A DNA stretch of 64,000 nucleotides from Microthyrium microscopicum. Taxonomy: Eukaryota. Below, piece by piece: positions 37,903 through 52,261 of the stretch. Numbering within the stretch: position 1 is the stretch's first letter; the number at the start of each line of letters is the position of its first letter. Below the pieces are notes generated by a model. That model did not search any database. It had not been told where the DNA came from and saw only the letters and a list, made by a program, of their open reading frames with translations. The stretch spans positions 100,191 to 164,190 of the forward strand of contig MU004237.1 of NCBI GenBank assembly GCA_010405405.1, given 5' to 3'. A program made the position numbers and the translations under genes.

Positions 37903-39016
37903 ACGGGCAACCTAAGTCTGGTACTAAGGTGCTTAGGAGGTATGTGTCTATGAGTGGGTTGAAGGACTTGTTATTAGTCATTAGTCGGAAGTGTTCCCTG
38001 ATTATACTATCTACTCTCCTTCTTGATCAATGCAATGCCATATCTGATGTCCTTGAAGGATAATGCTATCCCATATTTGTTCTGCTTGCGTGATTTTGAA
38101 GCTTATGTCATTCCAGCCAACACCCAATGCGTTCACATCGATGGGGAATGAATACTGATGCCATTTCCCAGCGATGGTGCTTAAGCGATAGATACTGGGG
38201 TCATTGGTCTTGCGGATATAAATTTCTAAGAGCCTTTCCGCTCGGAGTGGTTTGCAGCCTCCCTGCTTTGGCATATTCGGCAAGAGAAATTCTCACGTCC
38301 ACTAGTGTCCATTTTTTGTCCTTCAGATCAAATTTTATAGCACGAAAAGCGGCAGCAGGTTGTGTAAAATACCAGCCACTGTTTACTGATATTTCCTTGT
38401 GAGCTATTTTACCTACTAAACCCAGCATAATGGCCTATTGCTCTTCCAACCAACTCAAGCTCGCCTAGATATACCCTGGAAGCATAGATCTGGCCAACAG
38501 CTATGTTCGACAAATCGTTGCCCAGCGTCCATTCTGCCTGCTCATACTGAAGGAGAAAGACCTTCGCGAAAGCAAAGGCGTCGAAAAAGATCCAAAAACT
38601 GATCATAGTTGACAGGAACAAAGATTTGACTACATTTTTGATGATTGTGGATTGAATGTCAACGCCCGAAGTGAACGAATCTGAGCCTGCAAGTACGTGA
38701 TTTGTTCTTACATTTCCTGTTTCAGGTATATAGCGTTGGGCACTTCTAGCGAGTACTTGTGAATAATGCTGCTAAGAACAATGTACTGGAAAGTAGTTCG
38801 TTTGCTTGGTTTGCTTTCTTCAGTTGAGAGAGAAGTGCTTAGTAGATATCAAATGCTTCCACTCACACTCGACCCAATAGTCTTGGCTCCAATTTCACAA
38901 CAGAGTAATGATGGCACAAGCATCATGGATGCCCTTTGCTTGGAATTAGAATTCTACATGATTACAAAAGGTAGTAGTCCCAAAATCGTGTATAAGCTTT
39001 CCTTGCCAGTCATGCT

Positions 39017-40932
39017 TTACCATTTACCGATGATACCACCGCCAGGCGGTACAAGGCCAAGGTCTTGTGTTGCTTTTGCCCAAACATTCAACCAGATATC
39101 GCATTGCTCAGCCGAAGTTTGGTAGTCCTTGATTGTAGTGAATGTCGTATTGCCAGCCAAAAGGACTGGATGGAATACGTTGTCGACGTCAACCATTGGC
39201 CAGTTCACTGAGGCGTTAACTCCAGGTTTGTGATAAGTATTTGGATTCTTTGAGATCGCGTGAGAAATCAGGTAGTCTTGATATATTGGAGCGAACGTCC
39301 CGAGGGTAAGATCTGGAGGTACGCCCGGAGCCGGGCTTACTGGTGGCGCGGAAGCATTGTAAAATATTGCAGGTAAATCTGAGCTATGAAAGCCAGTTCC
39401 ATGATAATACTCTCCGGCGTAGATGCCTGAGTCGTTGTCATAGGCTTGTGCGATGAATCGGACATGGCATACAAAGAACTGGGCTTGCATGTAGGCTATA
39501 AATCGCTGTTGCTCATCGGCAAATTTCCTACCAGGTCCTGGAGGGGGATATTGTTTAAGTATCTCTCTTCGTATGCTAGGATCGGGACCGAATGTTTGTA
39601 TGATTTCCTGTTCGAAAAATGTATGGTTGTTTTTAACAGTTTCAGGGACAAAAACAAAGGCTTCATTTCCGACATGGGTGATCACAAATGAATCGATTCC
39701 TCGAACGATGTTGCCTAGATGTTGTTAGAAACATCAAGGATGGTGTGTTCGTTCACTTGCCTGATGCCAGTTCCAGATCTGGTAGCTGGCGAGAGATAAT
39801 ACCATCAACGGCAGGCCTATATCGCTTTAGTTTCTTCCTATGAGCTCTGCACTTGAAGCAACTTACCCAAAACCGAATTGGCCTGGCAGAGCCTCGTCGA
39901 GAAATTGCGCTGTGATGTTCTTGATTGTCTGCCAAGGAACCTTCTTCAAACATGGCAGACCTTTGCCAGCACATCCTGCTCTTGATAGAGTTGTCTGGTA
40001 CTGCTTCTCTAGTGTGCCATTTGCCGATCTGTCTAGCTGTGGGTTGTTTGCAGGACTTGCTATCACAGCTTTGCGGAACTTCGCCTTCCCATTCTTTCCA
40101 CCAAAAGCAACCAAGTGATGCAATATACTCCCAGCACCAGCACTTTGGCCCCATACACTGACCTTCCCGGGATCACCACCGACAAGATGTATGTAGCTTT
40201 GGATCCAGTCGAAGACGGCTATTTGGTCGTATAATCCAGCGTTTGGCGTGGCTTCTTTCTCGACAGTTGGGCCTGCTAGAAAACCAAGACCACCAAGCTA
40301 TTCTTCAATATTAGTATGATCATAGCAATTTTACTGGTTTCTCACCCTGTAGTTGCCAGCGACCCAGATGAGATTACCGCTAGATTCAGCCACTATGGGA
40401 CCTCCATCGGCAGTCGGACCATCTTTTGAGCCTCCAACAAATGCACCTCCATAGATCCAATTAACCACTGGAAGTTTTGCTTTCCTTTTCAAGGCCTTGC
40501 CTGGGATGACCACGTCCAGAAAGAGACAGTCTTCGTTTTCTGGATAGAATATAGGGATCTGTATGCCACCTGGATTGGCTTGCGGGCAGGTCGCGCCATA
40601 TGCACCGGTTTGAAGTGTAGTATTTGTAGCTGGTGGAGCCGGTTTGGCCCATCTCAGGCTTTCTACGGGAGGTGCCGCAAATCTGATGTTCCTGAACCAG
40701 TATATCTAATACATATAAGAGTCAATCTCACAAGGCTCAAAATAGTTCAGGTTGTAATTACATCCGTCTTGGCATCATACTGAGAAGCCTGCCAGGTACC
40801 ATATGGAAGCTTCAACAATGGTAGATGAGCCTTGCGTGAGCTTTCGGAATTATATTCCAACCCGTCAGCATCTTTGATAGACTGGGACAGACCGAGCCCA
40901 CAGTATAGGAGAGCAACAGCAAGAAAAAGCAT
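39017..40932 (-). CDS. Secreted type-B carboxylesterase/lipase, multi-exon, intact catalytic triad
   Basis: Signal [65 protein letters not shown] (Ser); HVGNE (Glu); GFHSSDL (His). Confidence 0.85.
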
Positions 40933-42632
40933 GTCCACACATGGGTTACGATCTTACGAATTGATCCATCGGAGGAGATGCCGATATCTTATGTGTACCA
41001 TAATCTTCCCAGCACGTGCCGGTTTCCTGGCCGCAATGTTTCTGTGCCTCATGATCCTCAAGCAAGATTTAGTTAACGGGGGAGTAAATTGTCAGGCTCC
41101 GTTGCTGGTCGTGTTTTCATTACCACCCGCCACAAATGGACAAGGTTAGCTGGGCATCGGGCAAATCATGGCCCTGACCGCAATATACCGAGTCATTTTC
41201 CGTACCTTTTTCGCGGGTAGGATCACTTCCAAGCCGCAAGAGGCTAGATCCGGTCGCACTCGGCCATTCTACAACGGCCTGATGTTTGACATGGAAGGAT
41301 CGAATAGTGCCTTCGACATGCGATGTGTGCATATAATGCATGCTCCCATCACGCAGTCCTATAAACAGAATGAAACGCTGTTTTCATTTGTCAAAATCAG
41401 CAACATTAGAACGGTAGAAGGGTTTGGTCAAAGAAACGGGGAAGTTAAACTGTTTACCTCCAATAGTCACTTTAACTGCCGCGTTTTCTTGAACCACGCG
41501 CTTTCGTCATGAGGGGTTATGGCACAAATGACTTCCATCTCATCTCCAATCACATGAATGGCTTCATATCGGTTGAATTTACAAGCTAGCCTTGGTTCCG
41601 TGCCTGCGTAATATTCAACTCGGTGGGCTTTTAAGTTGTAACCCCCTAACGGACCGCAACGGCAAAACAACTGACGTGCCTTGATCAACCTCCTTGTCTC
41701 TGGCCAACGATTTTGAACAAAAAATGCTATATTGTCCAACACAGTCCATAGGATTCATGGAGCACACCGCCCCTGGAAATAAAATTCTCGATAACAAACC
41801 GTCGGAGATGATGGGCAGCATGGAATTTGATGAAGGTACTTCAGTCGTTTTGTCAGATCGTTGCCCATCGCTGAGAAGTGAGAAATGGTGCGATAAATAC
41901 AGCGTACAGAAGTTGATTGTAGCTTTCTTGATTCATCGGGTCATTGGTGGCCATTGGATACCAAGCCAACAAAGAATAAATGGCAATAATACTGAGTGAA
42001 TATCGTCATTCATCGACAATCGGCATGCGTCAATTGTATGCCAAAATGTGGAGATCAGTGGGTCAAACGGTATGTCATCAACAATACTACCAAGAACAAA
42101 TTTGACAGTGTTGACAAACTTTTCGCTTACTCCCGCCAAAGGAGAAGAAGAGCAACGAGAGGAGCAGAAAATTAAGAGCCTTCACCATATGATTCTCGAT
42201 CCTCTTATCTTGTACAAAACTGGAAGACAAAGCAAGAGCTGCTCATATTATCAGACTTTCATAAGTTGCGTATACAGCGGACATGCCGAGAAAACCTGGA
42301 CAGGGCATTCGGTGATCATGGGTCTCCTATGGAAATATATTATGGCTCAATTTTCGATTGTTCTAAAATCAGTAGTGGCATTGATGGAAAGCACGAACCC
42401 TGAGATTTGGTCCGAGGCTTGTACAACTTTACTTGTCTTCTATATCATGTTTTCCCGCACGTCAAGTAAGTTATAGGTATTCGTCCGCGGTGATAGATAG
42501 TTGATAGAGATCAGACTGCTAAAACAATTGGCTTACCAGCTACTTGGAGTAGCCTGAGAAGCGGGAAACACATTCTTTTCACCTTTCCAGCGACACGAAT
42601 CTCGCTTCTCAACCCGAGCGCCATAATCAACA

Positions 42633-44229
42633 ATGTTTAGACTTTTTGTACTGCAGTTTCTATGCACATATCTGGTTCAAGAAACTCTTGCGCAATGGAT
42701 TGTAGGACAAGAAGTACGCACGAGTAGTGGAGTTCTCAAGGGACATGGCGCAAAATCTTATCCAGATGTTTCAGAGTATTTGGGTGTTAGATTTGGTCAA
42801 AGTACAGAGGGTTCGAATCGTTTCATGCCGCCAGTACCATATAACTCTACAGCAACAGTAGAAGCTGTAGACTGGGTAAGTGATACACTCTATTTCCTGG
42901 ATTGAACGAACTAAACCATGATCTAGGGATCGTGAGTAATTGAGTTTCGTTAAAGTCGACTTGATGCTGAATTCCTTTAGCGGCTGCCCTCAAGGATTTC
43001 CAGTTCCAGCCTTTCTCTCTGCTCTCTTACCACCGCAAAGCGAAGATTGCTTATTCGTCAATGTATGGGCGAAGCCTCAAGTGGGAGAGAAGAAAAAGGC
43101 TGTTCTAGTCTGGATATATGGCGGCGCTTTCATTGGAGGCGATTCAAGATCTACCTTGACCAATGGTGCCTCCTTAGCTAACAACCAGGACATTATCGTG
43201 GTGTCGCTGAACTACCGTATCAATCTGTTTGGATTTCCAAATGCGCCAACATTAACACAAGCTAATCCCGGACTCTTGGACCAGAGGCTTGCGATTGAAT
43301 GGGTTCGAGACAACATTGCAGCTTTTGGAGGAGATCCATCGAGGATTGTCATTTATGGCCAGTCTGCTGGATCAATGTCTGTGGACGACTACGCATTTGC
43401 CTGGGTCAAGGATCCAATTGTCAATGGATTCATTTTATCCTCTGGAACCGCGTTGATGGGACGGGGTGAACCACGTAAACCTCGAGAAGTTGCTGCTGCT
43501 AATTGGTACGCCCTATCTCAGAAGCTCGACTGCGGAGGCCAGGAAACAGGTGGGGCGACTGTAAAGTGTGTCCAAGGAAAGCCATGGAAAGATGTTCAAT
43601 CTGCCATGTCGTCTATAGGTGTGGGATTTGGACCTATTAGTGACAATAACACACTGTTTGAGGATGTTTACGAAAGGGCCAAGAAAGGCGAATTCATCAA
43701 AAAGGTTAGGAGTGTACTTGATCTGAACATCACAGGCCAACCTTTGCTAACTGAAAACACAAGCCACTTCTGGTTGGGAACAACCAAAATGAGACGATGA
43801 TTGCAGAAGGTGAGGATGGCTCGCCAGCATTCAATGTAATGGATTGTGGAGCAGCAGAGACGGCCAAAGCCAGAGCTTTGCATAATGTGCCAGTTTGGAG
43901 ATATCACTTCGCCAATAATTGGCCAGGCACAGTACGGGGTGCAGGTATCAATGGCGACATCTCTCAAGTTTTCGGTGGCGGTGTCGACGGGTTTTCCAAA
44001 CTTTTCCAAACCGCTTGGGCAGCTTTCATAAAAGATCCTGAAAATGGACTTTCTAAGCTGGGCTGGCCAAAATATGACCCAACAGGTAAGAGATTGTATC
44101 ACAGCACAGAAACGAGACTAATGGAACTTGGTAGGAAACACGCTAGTTCGCATAGGACGAGATGGAGTGACAGCAACGGACTTCCCCAAGTCCAATACTT
44201 ATGATAGTGCTTGTAGGTTGAAATTATAG
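42633..44229 (+). CDS. Secreted type-B carboxylesterase-like protein; catalytic His apparently replaced
   Basis: Signal peptide; [75 protein letters not shown] where GAxHxxD/E is expected. Has a 5-nt microexon at 42927-42931; stop at 44227-44229. Confidence 0.85.
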
Positions 44230-44457
44230 AAAAGAGCTACAGTTGGTGAAGTTGTCAAATGTATAATAACATTACTAGTTTTCCTTATAGAAGTATACAT
44301 GTGTACTAAGTGGAAGAGAATCGAAATCAAGTCCGTCATAACTCAAGGATTGGAAAAAGACCCGTTTTCTTCAGTCTCCAGTGTCACGTAGCCCATGAGA
44401 TACTACGGAAGCAACTCATGTAAGTATCAAGGTTGAAGTTGCTTCTTGAACAGTTTT

Positions 44458-46569
<2,112 letters not shown>

Positions 46570-47637
46570 TCAAGATACAAAACAGGTAGGGCTCTTGACA
46601 GTTACCCTCCACTAGAAAGATTCATATAGTCTATGTAGAGAGGATGTAGGCTAAGAGAACTACCTACAGACAACTACCTGCAGCGTCTACGGCGCTACCT
46701 ACCCCGACTAATTGCAAGCTGCAAGTTGTTTCTCACGCCATACCATGTCTAGAGTCTAGCTGTGTGGAGAAGTTGGAGACGTTGGAGACCTAGGGGCGTA
46801 CATGTACCCAGCTACCAGAAGTGCTTCCAACCAACCCTTTCCCATAAAGCTATCTTTTTTCCGACCTCAAACTGATTGAACAATAAGTATTCTATATCTT
46901 TTCAAAATATCTAGCCCATAGGCACATAACGGCAGCTTTTGTTCAGTCGTATACTTACCAGATTCCGCAGGTTACTTATTTCTGGGCTCTGTTAGCCAAT
47001 CGGTCTAGAAGGGATGAAAAGATAGCATTGGGAGAAGGGGTTACCTGCAAGTACTTTTCGTATCTGGGCGTATTTCATTGGTTACCGAATATTTGCGATC
47101 CTGGGGCGGAAATATTGCCCCATCTGATTACAGTATAGAGGTCGAGGTGGCACGATGTTGATTGTGCCGTTATACTTCCAAGGTTTGTCTACAGAGCCAG
47201 CATTGCTAAATTGATATGATTGGCTTTATTCAAGAGAACTCCGCTCCAGGTGCAGTAGCGTCTCGGCGTCAGCGACAAGAATACTTGTCTCTACCAATTC
47301 GAACATGTTGTGCGAATGTACGATAGCTCAAAGGAGCGTTCACGTGGATATGGAATGCTGCATAATCAGCCTACACTGCCTACCGGTAATAGGCTGTAGC
47401 TGCAGCTCCAACAAGATCCGCACCAAGGGGCGACCACGCTACCGGCGGCATAGAAACCTCAAATATTGATCAACGTAAAGCCAATGTAGGAAGGAATTTT
47501 GAGAAATTTATGACTAAAAGAGCAAACTGCTGGACCAGGCAGTAGTCACGGACCATGGTCTGTTTTTGCTTCTCAATACGCCAATTGCACTTTTTAAAAT
47601 ATTTTTGTATTGAGGATTGGCCAACTTGTGTCTATGC

Positions 47638-49745
47638 TTAAGGAGACTTATAAGCCGTCTCTCTGTGTCTTCCTATTCCCGCATCTCCTTCGACTTGAGA
47701 GTCAAATGATGCATTAGTGTGGGACTCGTGCCCACTATCTTCCTGCGTCTCCCTGTGCCTGGCCTCTGTTATGCTCACAGGATTTCTTTGAAATGTACCT
47801 AGTGCTGCTAGGACTCCAAAAGCGGAGATATATGTCGCAATACGCATTTGTTTGTTGAAACTTTGAGCATATACTGTAATAACGTCTGCTTGCTGCTCTG
47901 GGGGTAAGTTGGTAACTGTGCTGAGTGATTGTTGTAGGGCATGAAGTGCAGATGGAGTCAAGGATGAGCCCAAAGTTCCAGCCAATTGCTTATCGAAAAC
48001 AATGGTTGCTACTGCTAGTCCTATTGTACCACCTAGCGCACGAGCTTGTGTGACCATACCTTGTGAAGCAGCTAAAGAATCTTGGGTTAGCTTCAATGTT
48101 CTGCGGAATGTATGCTCTGGCAAACCCACCGTTGTCTTGGACCGTGGTGGCCAGGTTGACCATCATGGTTACTGATGAAAACATCAGCCCGCAGCCTAGT
48201 CCAATGATTGCTTCGTAGCCGTAGATGGCATGATCGATGCTGTGGCCAGCTGAAATTGTCGACATCAACCCACAGCCTAGCAGTATCAAACAGGATGAGA
48301 GAATCGCCGTATGTGACGTTAAATTCTTCTTCGACGAAACGGCACCTCCAAGTCCACTTCCTAAGGCCATTATGCAGAGAAAAGGTAAGAGATGGACTCC
48401 AGATTCAATAGAAGACTCCCCGTAAACAACCTGGAATCTCTGGGGAAGATTGATGATGCAAATATACATTGGAAACCCAGAGATTAAGATGAGTCTGTAG
48501 TGTGTCAGCTCTGTTTGGCAATTGGTAGTCCAGGATATATTTACAAAATGGCAGGACCTGTGGGGCGACTGAGAACAACCCGGACGGGTACAATGGGGCG
48601 TATACGACCTCGTAGATTTGGAAGATATTCGAAAGCTGATATCCAGATGCCAAAACCAATCCAGCAAACCCCCGAGATGGTAAAACTAGCAATGATGACT
48701 CCGCTGCTCCAAGCGAATGCCGAACTTCCTGCTTGTTGGAGCGCAAACACCACTAGAGTTGAAGCGGTAAGGAGAAGTAATCCCCCAAAGTAATCGACTT
48801 TCTTGAGTGCAGCTGTTGAAGAAAAGCCCGTTCGCTTGGTGGTTTTCGATGACGGTATACAAAGAATACATCCAATAACCCCCAGTATTGCGCATGGGCC
48901 ATTAAAAAGATAACACCACCGCCAAGTACTTGTTTGCGTGATGGCACCACCCAATATAGGACCTGATACTGTCAGACGGATGGGACTACAGATGTGTTCT
49001 TGAGAGTGGGACAAAATCACCAAGTATAGATCCAATTGAGAAGGATAGTCCGACAGAAGCCCCGAAAAGGCCATAAGATTTGACCGGAGTGATTTGGTTA
49101 CCAATCACGAAAGTCATGGTGTATAGTCCCGATGCCCCAATTCCTTGGAGAACCCGCAAGCCAATCAACTCATTTAGTGTTCTGGCAAGACCACTGCCAG
49201 TACTGAAGCCGCCAAAGAGTAGCCAAGAGGCAATCAAAGTGTTTCGGCGACCGATCCCATCGGAAAGGCGAGCGAAAATGAGGGAAAATCCTTTTCATGA
49301 TTAGATGAATGTAGGTAAGAGAGGGAGATAGAAAGAGAAAGACATTGCTCACCCATATATGATAAAAGATATGACAGTACCACCCATGTTGCCTTTAATC
49401 AAGTAAGTAATTCTCCCACCCTTACTCGTTGCTGAGCGCAAACCTTGATCGGATCATGAAAATGATTTCCAATAGTAATGAGCGCCGTCGCCGTGATAGA
49501 TCCTTCTATCACAGAAAGAACAAAGCCAAACATAAGCCTACAGTAACCAAATCAGTATAATAGAGCTTAGTTTAGATGTGTACATACACCAGCATTGCAG
49601 CTGCAAATTGTTTACCATGCAACGTAAGAGATCTAGTTTCGGGTTGCGGCTGGCCATTCTGTAATTCCCCTTCTTGTTCATGGTGGTCGGAGATTTGCCC
49701 CCTATCAGACTTCGTAGACATAGACTTTGCCCCCTCTTCTGTCAT
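47638..49745 (-). CDS. MFS drug/toxin efflux transporter (DHA2-like), multi-exon
   Basis: FARLSDGIGRRN (motif A), LRVLQGIGASG, GPILGGAITQTSTWRWCYLFNGP, LPQRFQVVYG, QARALGGTIGLA; several GT-AG introns. Confidence 0.88.
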
Positions 49746-50417
49746 TATATTGGCCTTGGAACCAGAAATCTACTTGCGTACCTACCTAGGTAGGACACAT
49801 GAAGTAGGTAGCAAACAAGTACCAAATGGTGGACTTGTTCTTTTTCAGACTACTTCTGGCTGGACTATTGGCATTAAAACAAATAGAATGGCCAACGTGC
49901 TATAAGCACAATCAGAACGAAGGAACAAGCTCCGCGTAGGTAAGCGCACAAATTTTGAAGTTTTCGGGAACTTGGCTGGCATGAAAATGGAACTTTGTCG
50001 ACAAACGAGAGCTGCAGGACCCGATTATGTGAGATCGGAGAGTTGTAGGACCTGACACCTGAAGTTGCCGATCCGCAAAAAGGAGCAATTCATTCGACCA
50101 ATAGATCGATACTACGATAAGTAATGAGACAAGGATTTATCCCTGCGAAGCGCCTGGCGTGCCGTCCTGCATCGGGCCGCATTAGCGCCACTGCCGAACT
50201 TCTCCACAACTCCTCTCCACGCTGGCATGCAGAGACTTTCCTATCTCAAAGGCTCAAACGACTTGCTCCCAGTCCTCTACTCGAGGTATCACCGCTCGCT
50301 AATGTCCTGCAATGAAATGCAACTTATCAGACGCACATTTGACTAACATGCAGTAAAGTAGAATACCAATCGATCTTCCAGGTTTCGTGATGAGATTCAT
50401 GAGAGGCGACCTTACTG

Positions 50418-51369
50418 TCAAAGGCCAAATTCGCTTCTGGACACAGTCCTCTCAATGATTTCCTTGATCTTCAACACGTCTATCCCGTTCCGAGGAATAG
50501 CATGGCCGCCTGGATGCTCCCAAGTCTGAGAATACCCCGGCTCGCATAATGCTCTCAACTTCTTTCCTCCCTCATACGCGAAATCAACTCTGCCCAATAC
50601 GTGCGCCGTTGGAGCTTGCAGCCGAACAGTATCGTAGTCAGGGTGCATGCGTCTTACATGATAGTTTTCATAGTTGTTCGGCTCTTTTGGAACCGCAGCC
50701 ACTCTTTCTCGGAGAGCTGGAGAAATCGCAGTAGAAGTCAGCCATGACTTGCTGTCAAAGTTCGCCTCCTTGTCAATGGCCTCAATGGCGGCCTGCAGCT
50801 CTGGCAGCTCGACTGGTACATCACGACCACGAATGACAAGCGCCGTTACATCAATGCCTGTACTCTCGTCCCAGGTCCAAGGTAGTGCACAGCTTATAAA
50901 AATGGCGAACCTGAACAGTGGAATTCCGTCCGAGGATGTTTCCTGGTGATGCATCATAGCCGTATATGCAAGGGCTCCTCCCTGGAAAAGCTTTGTTAGA
51001 ACGGCTTTAAGCGAGAAGCGTCAATCTTACCTCACTAAATCCTAGAACGCCATCAAAGGGTCCCTCATCTTCAATGATTTCCCCCAGCCAATCCATCATG
51101 TGTTTCATCTGTTTGGTGGTCGGGATAACAAAGTAAGTGCGATATGGTCCCGGCCACAGCTCTACACCTGGAGCTGGATCGCACTCTATTTCGGCGTCGG
51201 GAAAGAACCATTCAAAATGCTGTGGAAGGACAGAAACCACGGGTGCTTGCCCATTGGTCAGATTCTGCTTGGATCATTACTAGAATTTTGACATATACCA
51301 CATACCTATTTGAGACTTCAGGATTTCTGCGTTGGTTCCCAGCCCATGAAGACATAGGATTCGAGTCAT
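50418..51369 (-). CDS. FSH1/LovG-type serine hydrolase (probable trans-acting polyketide release enzyme), 3 exons
   Basis: MTRILCLHGLGTNAEILKSQI; EGPFDGVLGFSE/GGALA (GxSxG); FRFAIFI; PTAHVLGRVD (Asp); HPGGHAIP (His). Divergent from the PKS. Confidence 0.88.
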
Positions 51370-52261
51370 GTTGAGACGAACTTGTTGCACCAGGCTCTAC
51401 CACGCAACTTACTGACAAGGAATATACCCATCGATCAAAAGCAAACTATTGGGCCGAAGTTCTCTAGCTAATGGCTCTGCCTTTTAACAAAATGGTGGGA
51501 CCCTAGGACTAGTGCTTACAATTCTGTCAATTGAATTGGTAGACCGAGGCAACTTCTTGTTACAAAAGCGCTGTAATGAGTTCATAGCGGCATGACCAAC
51601 TTCTACGACACATTGACCTGCTTGCATAGCGTCGTAAGGTGCATGTTGTACGAAGGATTCCCGGTCCAGTTCCTTTCCAGTTTATTTCAAATAACATGAA
51701 GGTATCGCAGATAGTAACTGACCAATGAGAGCAGGTTAACGTGTTCTGACCCATAGCTCTCACAACGAAGATGTGCCTTTCTTGCTAGCGAAGGGGCCTG
51801 CCAATACAGCATGTTTGTTTCTGGACAGTGGAGAGTGTCTAGGGACCTCGCCGCACGGATGGATACTTCGCGACATGGTCCTGCCCACCCAGTTAGCGTT
51901 ATCACCATAGCGGCTAAGGACGAACCCAGCAGAACCAACGGTTCACAGCCAAATTCCCAGAATAGCGGATGAGCTGGAAGGCAAACTCGTGAATGGTCGC
52001 AGGGCGCCGGTTGCAGTACTCATCAGTGAATAATAGCAACTTGATTCAGTCGGATATCTCATCAGCACTAGAGTATGCCTTATCGGCAAGTTCCTAACTT
52101 CCTCAAAAATCTGAAGGCGACATTACATGAGACGACGCAACTCAACCGGAGTTGAGCAGTATATCTTGGTTATTTCTTACTTTGGTCAATCTATAGCTAG
52201 CGAGCATAGACCATAAAAGTCTCCTGTTTGGTAGCTGACAATTCAGCTCAAGGTGCTAGAG
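51370..52261. promoter_or_regulatory. Probable bidirectional promoter between the FSH1 hydrolase and the HR-PKS
   Basis: About 890 bp between head-to-head ATGs; contains inverted repeat CTCAAC-CGGA-GTTGAG at 52141-52156. Promoter function is inferred from position only. Confidence 0.5.

Noticed and set aside
38011..38621. Three short minus-strand ORFs in different frames, a possible pseudogene
   Set aside because: No recognisable homology, so it cannot be told apart from non-coding sequence.
41120..42476. Small ORFs between the two esterases
   Set aside because: No motifs or convincing start and splice signals; treated as a shared upstream region.
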